This document shows positions 58,736-64,000 of a stretch of 64,000 bases of DNA, in pieces. Location of the stretch: contig JBNARJ010000011.1 of NCBI GenBank assembly GCA_049719515.1, positions 816-64,815 on the forward strand, given 5' to 3'. Both the position numbers and the translations under genes were made by a program. Under the pieces are notes generated by a model, which did not search any database, was not told the origin of the DNA, and saw nothing but the letters and a program-made list of their open reading frames with translations. The DNA comes from Candidatus Saccharicenans sp. GTDB lineage: Bacteria; Acidobacteriota; Aminicenantia; Aminicenantales; Saccharicenantaceae. How positions within the stretch are numbered: the stretch's first letter is position 1; each line of letters opens with the position of its first letter.

Positions 58736-60895
58736 ATGAACGGAAAGATAGACCGGCTGAAAATAATTGAACAGGCGGAGAAGTATGTTCGCTTGGGCAA
58801 GCTGAAAGAAGCCATCCAGGAATATGAAAAACTTATCGAAGATGACCCCAGCGATGTCAGCATAAATAATATCGTTGGCGACCTTTACGTCAGGCTTGGC
58901 CAGTATGAAAGAGCCATCAAAGCCTTTGAAAGGGTGGCTAACGAGTACGAGAAAAAAAGCCTTTATTCCCAGGCTCTGGCCATTTTGAAGAAGATATGCC
59001 GTCTTAATCCTGCCAACCACAGCTATTTCGTCAAGATGGCTGACCTGTCGGCCAGGCAGGGCTTCGTGGCCGATGCCAAGCAAGAATACTTGAGACTGGC
59101 TGAGAAATTCCTTCGGGAAAAGAGAGTGGATGAAGCTATTTCAATGTACGAAAAGGTGGTCAAGCTCGACCGGGAGGACTTCAACATCCGCATGCAGCTG
59201 GCTGCTCTTTACAAACTTGATGGCCGGACGGACAAGGCGGTTGAGGAACTGCTCGAAGCTGTTAATTACAAGTTAAGTCAGGGCCAGCTGGACGAAGCAG
59301 AGAAGTTTCTGCGGGAAATCAAAAAGCTTAATCCGCAAGAGGCCAGGGCTGATTTGAAGCTGGCTCAGGTGCTGAGGCTTAAGGGCCAGGGGGACAAAGC
59401 CATTGAGCTGGTTGAATCTGTGCTTCAAAGAGATGCTGATGACCTGGAGGCCATGAACCTTCTGGGCACTCTTTATTATGAAGAAGGCCGGCTGGAAGCG
59501 GCCAAGAACATGTTTATTAAAATCCTGAATACTTATCCGAACAACGTCAATGCCCGGTACCGCCTCGGAAGAATTCAGCTGGCTGAAGGGGATGTCGGCC
59601 GGGCTTATGAATACTTTGAGCCGCTGGTGGAAACTTATCTGAAGAAAAAGAGGGAAGAAAAGGCCATTGGACTTCTGGGATTAATACTCTCCGTCCGCAG
59701 AGATTACCTGCCCGCTATGGAAAAATTGGCGGAAATCCTGCGGGAGAAAAAAGACCTGGCTCGACTGGAATTGATTGACCGGGCCATCATTGAAGAGCTC
59801 AAGAAAGTTGGTGAAAAATCAAAAATGCTTTCTTACTATGCGGAATTGGTAAAGCTCAGACCCTCGGACCAGGAGCTGGCTCATGAATACCGCGAGCTTA
59901 AGAAAGAATTGAAAATTTCGGAAGAGGAAATACAGCTGGATACCTGGGCTCCTTCGCCTGAAGAAGAGGAAGAAATCCAGGCTGGCCTGGCTCAGGCGGA
60001 AGTTTACCAGAAAGAAGGTCTGATTAGACTTGCCCGCCGGGTGATAGAAGGTCTTCTTTTAAAATTTCCGAATGATTCGCTGCTTAAGGAGAGGCTGGAA
60101 GAGCTTGACCGAATAAAACCAACTTACTCGGATGAAGAGTTAATCAAAAAAGTAGAAAAAACAACGGTCATAGAAACTCAGGTCATCAGACCAACCAGGG
60201 GAAAGGCGGAAGCGGAAAAAGAGGCTAAGAAAAAAACTGCCTTCCAGCTCCAGGAACAGGTTCTCAGCGAGGACAAGATTAACCCGATAGACATATTTGC
60301 CGACACGGGCATCGTTCCCATCATCAGCTCGGACGGCCGGGAAAAGAAGTTCTACGACCTGCAGGACGTCATTCACAGTGAATTGACGATGCTGAACGCC
60401 GTTTTCCTCCGTCAGAAAAAAGGCGTGACCACGCAGTTTGAGAAAGAATTGTCATCGATTGTGGCTGATTTCAAAAAGGGAATCCGGGATAAGATTCCAG
60501 AAGAAGATTACCAGATTCACCTGCAGCTCGGCCTGGCTTTTATGGAGCAGAATTTAATCGACGAGGCGATTGAAGAATTTAACCTGGCTTCCCGGGACAA
60601 GAATTTAACGCTTGAGTGTTTAACTCTCATCAGCCACTGCCACAGGTTGAAAGGAAACCTGGAAGAGGCTGAACACTGGCTCAACCGGGCCATCAAGCTG
60701 GTGGCTCCGGGGACTGACCAGTATTTTGCCTTGATGTTTGACCTGGGGTTGATTTACGAAAAGGCCGGAGAGATAGATAAGGCTCTCAACATTTATCGGG
60801 AAATTCAGTCCTGGAATCCAAACTACCGCAGCGTGAGCGAAAAAATAAGCCGGCTCTCGAGCATAAACGGAACTTCCGGGGCGCCGGTCAGTTAA
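58736..60895 (+). CDS. Large TPR-repeat protein
   Basis: 719 aa with many 34-aa TPR units throughout. Starts 2 nt after the rnhB stop. Confidence 0.65.
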   Translation: MNGKIDRLKIIEQAEKYVRLGKLKEAIQEYEKLIEDDPSDVSINNIVGDLYVRLGQYERAIKAFERVANEYEKKSLYSQALAILKKICRLNPANHSYFVKMADLSARQGFVADAKQEYLRLAEKFLREKRVDEAISMYEKVVKLDREDFNIRMQLAALYKLDGRTDKAVEELLEAVNYKLSQGQLDEAEKFLREIKKLNPQEARADLKLAQVLRLKGQGDKAIELVESVLQRDADDLEAMNLLGTLYYEEGRLEAAKNMFIKILNTYPNNVNARYRLGRIQLAEGDVGRAYEYFEPLVETYLKKKREEKAIGLLGLILSVRRDYLPAMEKLAEILREKKDLARLELIDRAIIEELKKVGEKSKMLSYYAELVKLRPSDQELAHEYRELKKELKISEEEIQLDTWAPSPEEEEEIQAGLAQAEVYQKEGLIRLARRVIEGLLLKFPNDSLLKERLEELDRIKPTYSDEELIKKVEKTTVIETQVIRPTRGKAEAEKEAKKKTAFQLQEQVLSEDKINPIDIFADTGIVPIISSDGREKKFYDLQDVIHSELTMLNAVFLRQKKGVTTQFEKELSSIVADFKKGIRDKIPEEDYQIHLQLGLAFMEQNLIDEAIEEFNLASRDKNLTLECLTLISHCHRLKGNLEEAEHWLNRAIKLVAPGTDQYFALMFDLGLIYEKAGEIDKALNIYREIQSWNPNYRSVSEKISRLSSINGTSGAPVS

Positions 60896-61149
60896 TCCGA
60901 ACCCTTTTTTTCTTTCATTTGACAGACTCCAATTCAGTTTAATTTTACCTGTGGCCAGAGGAGGGCAGCGGCCGGCAGTTTAAATAATTGTTTTCAGCCA
61001 AACACAGTTTTTTCCACTCAAACCACAGTCGGTATGGTTGAAAACCCCCTGGAGTAGGAAAGCACTTTCGCCAGAAGCTAAGACATGAAGGAAAGCTTCC
61101 AACTCTCTTTTATTCTTTTATTTTTATAGAGGTTAGCCGTTTTCCGGGA

Positions 61150-62328
61150 TTAAAAAGCGGTTATCAGGCCCAGTCCCAGTCGGAAATGAGCACCCTGTTC
61201 CCCCTTGAAAACGTAGGTGCCTTCAATCGTGGCTCTTATATTTCTCCTTAGCAGATATCCATAATGTAGGCCAAATGAAGAGTAGCGCAATTCCGGCTGG
61301 TCGGAATCAACCCAGTTCAGCAGGGCGGTTGTGTACCAGCGGGAATCGTCTCCTTTTGGCATGAAAATTAATTCAGCAAAACCACCCCTCGTTTTAATTT
61401 TCTCCGGAGTCAGAACCCAGAAAAACGGGTTGTCGTCCCTTCTTTCGATATACTGAAGATTGAGTTCGAGCCTGGGAATACCCCAGGTGAAATCGGCGCC
61501 CAGCATCCAGAGATTATCATCAGCCTGACCCTGTCTTTCCCGACCCAGGTAACCGAAAGCACCCAGGCGGATTGATTCACTCAGGTCCTGAGAAACCCGC
61601 AGCAGAAAATTCTTGTATTTATCATAATCAAAAGTGTCCTGGTCATCAGCCGGTCGAAGCCCAAGACCGTTGATCACTTCAAGGCACAGGTCTGGCCCGT
61701 TGCGGAAGCTGTAAGTGAACATCAGCCCTCGGTCATAAGTCAGGTCGGCATGAGCTAACCCGACTTTTGTGCTGTAAATCTTGTAATCTTCGTACATCAG
61801 GCGCAGCTCGCGTTTGAACAGCGGGTCGGAGACCTGGAACTGACCGACAATAATATCAAATTCTTGATTAAAAAGGTTATTGAACATGAGAAAGGCGTCT
61901 TCCAGGCCGGCCACCTCGCCTTTTTCCGTGAAGAAAAAGTAGAAGTAGTAAGAAACGTGTTTGGTTATTTCACCGCCGGACAGCAGCTTGATCAGAAAGG
62001 GAGCGGCAAAGTCCAGTTTTTTGTTGTTACTGTTGTTCAAGGAAAGAAAACCTTCAAAGCGAATGGCTATCGGCAGTTCGCGCAGCAGGGAAAGCAGACT
62101 GTCCCCGGTGTCGATGTTGTAGCGGGGAGTTTCCTTATCTTTGATCACATAACCGTTGTTCATAAAGTCATCGCCATAGGGTTTAAGCTTGGGAAAAGGT
62201 GTGTGGCAGACCTTGCAGCTCATGCTGTACTTGCGGGCGAAAGCCGGGATGGAAAGAGCCTCAGAAGTCAGGACAGCCAGCAGCACTAAAGACAGGATGA
62301 TGATTTTATAATTTTTTCCCATCGCCAC
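61150..62328 (-). CDS. Cyc2-like fused monoheme cytochrome c / outer-membrane beta-barrel (porin-cytochrome)
   Basis: A signal peptide, then a single CKVCH heme-binding motif about 12 aa into the mature protein. The remaining roughly 340 aa have alternating beta-strand character and end in ...GLGLITAF (terminal Phe, OMP signature). Confidence 0.55.
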   Translation of the reverse strand: MAMGKNYKIIILSLVLLAVLTSEALSIPAFARKYSMSCKVCHTPFPKLKPYGDDFMNNGYVIKDKETPRYNIDTGDSLLSLLRELPIAIRFEGFLSLNNSNNKKLDFAAPFLIKLLSGGEITKHVSYYFYFFFTEKGEVAGLEDAFLMFNNLFNQEFDIIVGQFQVSDPLFKRELRLMYEDYKIYSTKVGLAHADLTYDRGLMFTYSFRNGPDLCLEVINGLGLRPADDQDTFDYDKYKNFLLRVSQDLSESIRLGAFGYLGRERQGQADDNLWMLGADFTWGIPRLELNLQYIERRDDNPFFWVLTPEKIKTRGGFAELIFMPKGDDSRWYTTALLNWVDSDQPELRYSSFGLHYGYLLRRNIRATIEGTYVFKGEQGAHFRLGLGLITAF

Positions 62329-62360
62329 CTCCAGTCTGAGCAGTTAATTTATAAAATTAT

Positions 62361-63734
62361 TCAATCGACTATCTTGATGGTGGTGGAATGCCGGTTGACT
62401 TCAATTATTTCTGATTCATCCGGCGGGACACCCAGGAAATCAGCCACCGGTTTGACCAGTTTCTGATAATTAAGGACAGCCGTGACGGTGAGCGGACCGG
62501 GTGGCAGATCTTCAGGGAGCTGAAAAGTGCAGGTTTCAATCTTTGTTTCCCGGGGACCGATTCGGTAATCAACGCCGAGCGATTTGGTGTTCCACTGCTG
62601 GATGGTCATCCGGCCCTGGGGGTCAAAGTAAGCCATGCGGAAGATGCGGTCGCCAACCGGCAGGCCGTCACGCTGAACCCCCTTAAAATTCGGGTCACCC
62701 AGAGCAATACCCATATCCTGGTAAGCCAGGGTGTCAGCCGCGATGGTGTATTCTTCTCCTTCAAAGCCTTTTTTATCAACCGGCAGGTGATAGACTTTTC
62801 CTTTAGCATCAACCGCTTCAACGTGCATCCAGACAATGCGGTCTTCCACTGACCCGGTCGGAAACTTGTGGCCGGTTTTCTGGTTAAAAAGCACAATGGT
62901 GAATCTGACCCGGTCGCCGGGCGCAGCTTCGTTAACATCAGGATGAACCCGTAATTCAATGGTACCTTTAATCTTGCCCGGGTCGTGCGCCCCGTGGAAA
63001 AGGTGCTGTCGCACGTCGGGATAGGTGTTGCCCATGGAAGCGCTCTTGCCCGGGGCATAGGTCATGTGGCAGTCATGGCATTTTACACCCTGCCTGGCGT
63101 AAGGACCTTCTTTCCACTCCAGGTGGGTGGATTTTACCCACACACCGTAGGGGCTTTTTTCGTTGTGGCAGGTGCCGCAGAATTCAGCCGTGCTGAGGAA
63201 TTCAGATTTAACCATGTTGTGTTCGGGCGAAATTTTCCCTTCCCGCGGCCCGTACTTGTTCTTGCCCGGCTCGGAAATCCAGTTGAAATTGTGAGGCACA
63301 TCGCCGGCAAAACCGGTCACCGTGTGGCAAACTTCGCAGGAAACCGATTCGTTGGCCCGGCTGCCCTTGGCCGGAAGGGGTGGCGGCACATCGCCGGCCA
63401 GGAAGGCAATCGGCGTATGGCAGCCGTTGCAGCCGGCTTTTACTCCGGCCACTACCGGGTCTTTCTCCGCCTGGGGAACAGCCAGCTTGAAATATTCAAT
63501 TTCGTCCCAGTGGTGGGTGTAGGCCTGGGACATCATCGCCTGTTTCCATTGCTGATAGATATCATTGTGGCATTGCAGGCCGCAGAAGGTTGGTGTCTGA
63601 TAATCGCTGTATTTTCTCGTGCCAAGGGCCTCGTCTCCGGCTTTCTGCAGGCTGGACGATGTGACAAAACCGAGAGAAATCGCAGCCGAGATAATAAAAA
63701 TGATTAAAATGAATGTGCCCGCGCGGTTCATCAT
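62361..63734 (-). CDS. Multiheme c-type cytochrome (five CxxCH), N-terminal membrane or signal anchor, C-terminal beta-rich domain
   Basis: CGLQCH, CNGCH, CEVCH, CGTCH and CHDCH. An N-terminal hydrophobic segment (FILIIFIISAAISLGF). 32 bp upstream of the Cyc2-like gene on the same strand. Confidence 0.7.
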   Translation of the reverse strand: MMNRAGTFILIIFIISAAISLGFVTSSSLQKAGDEALGTRKYSDYQTPTFCGLQCHNDIYQQWKQAMMSQAYTHHWDEIEYFKLAVPQAEKDPVVAGVKAGCNGCHTPIAFLAGDVPPPLPAKGSRANESVSCEVCHTVTGFAGDVPHNFNWISEPGKNKYGPREGKISPEHNMVKSEFLSTAEFCGTCHNEKSPYGVWVKSTHLEWKEGPYARQGVKCHDCHMTYAPGKSASMGNTYPDVRQHLFHGAHDPGKIKGTIELRVHPDVNEAAPGDRVRFTIVLFNQKTGHKFPTGSVEDRIVWMHVEAVDAKGKVYHLPVDKKGFEGEEYTIAADTLAYQDMGIALGDPNFKGVQRDGLPVGDRIFRMAYFDPQGRMTIQQWNTKSLGVDYRIGPRETKIETCTFQLPEDLPPGPLTVTAVLNYQKLVKPVADFLGVPPDESEIIEVNRHSTTIKIVD

Positions 63735-64000
63735 CCCTCCTTGCCACCACTTTTATCATATGGCAATTTTTATTGCAAGCTTTTTTCAGCCCGGGATAAG
63801 AATTAAATAAGGAAGTTAAGAAGAAACCCGCCGATAGACAGGGCAGGGGGCTTAAGGTTTTTTGAAAGGTTAACAGTTTTTCTTTTTTTTGCCCGGAGAG
63901 AATTTTTGAGCTTAACAGAGTTTTGAAAAATTTTAAGAGCCGGTTGGGATATAAAAATTCAAACTCGGAGCTCTTCGAGATTCCTGCCAGCGGGGAAGCA

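Noticed and set aside
62361-63734. NrfA (pentaheme nitrite reductase)
   Set aside because: It has five hemes, but the first motif is CxxCH rather than CxxCK, and the C-terminal half looks beta-rich rather than like the NrfA helical fold. No nrfH is adjacent.

Overview
This 64 kb window is bacterial chromosomal DNA of roughly 50% GC, densely coded on both strands, with no rRNA, tRNA, CRISPR array or obvious transposase or integrase found by eye. All protein and motif identifications below come from reading the translations directly, not from database searches.

Main features, 5' to 3':
- An AT-rich partial ORF that runs off the window start, followed by an orphan RHS (YD-repeat) core fragment.
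- The DEAH-box helicase HrpA.
- A secreted matrixin-like metzincin, and the GTPase YchF.
- A short intergenic repeat family (core AAAATCGGGACACACTATATTTTTCC) found in several intergenic regions.
- A ferritin and a lipoate-protein ligase.
- A co-directional minus-strand cluster encoding an Isp-type [NiFe] hydrogenase (small subunit, NarI/DsrM-like cytochrome b, HdrD/DsrK-like CCG protein, large subunit, maturation protease). Immediately upstream of it sit a GcvH-like lipoate-binding protein, two DsrE-family proteins and TusA. This cluster is the most notable candidate system in the window.
- A FadL-family outer-membrane protein, an aspartokinase plus asd operon, and a fucosidase / Na-solute symporter / Zn-ADH locus.
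- A GntR regulator followed by a methylaspartate-pathway operon (glmS-glmL-glmE-mal), then DUF1446/DUF4387-like ORFs, a P-loop protein and a fused class I fumarase (mesaconase candidate).
- A candidate sigma-54 promoter in front of a secreted FecR-domain protein with a Trp-rich repeat region.
- era, then a three-gene operon of unknowns whose largest member carries a Lon-like Ser-Lys protease domain, a TM helix and a periplasmic domain.
- The conserved rpsP-KH-rimM-trmD-rplS-rnhB block and a TPR protein.
- At the 3' end, a Cyc2-like monoheme cytochrome-porin next to a pentaheme c-type cytochrome.
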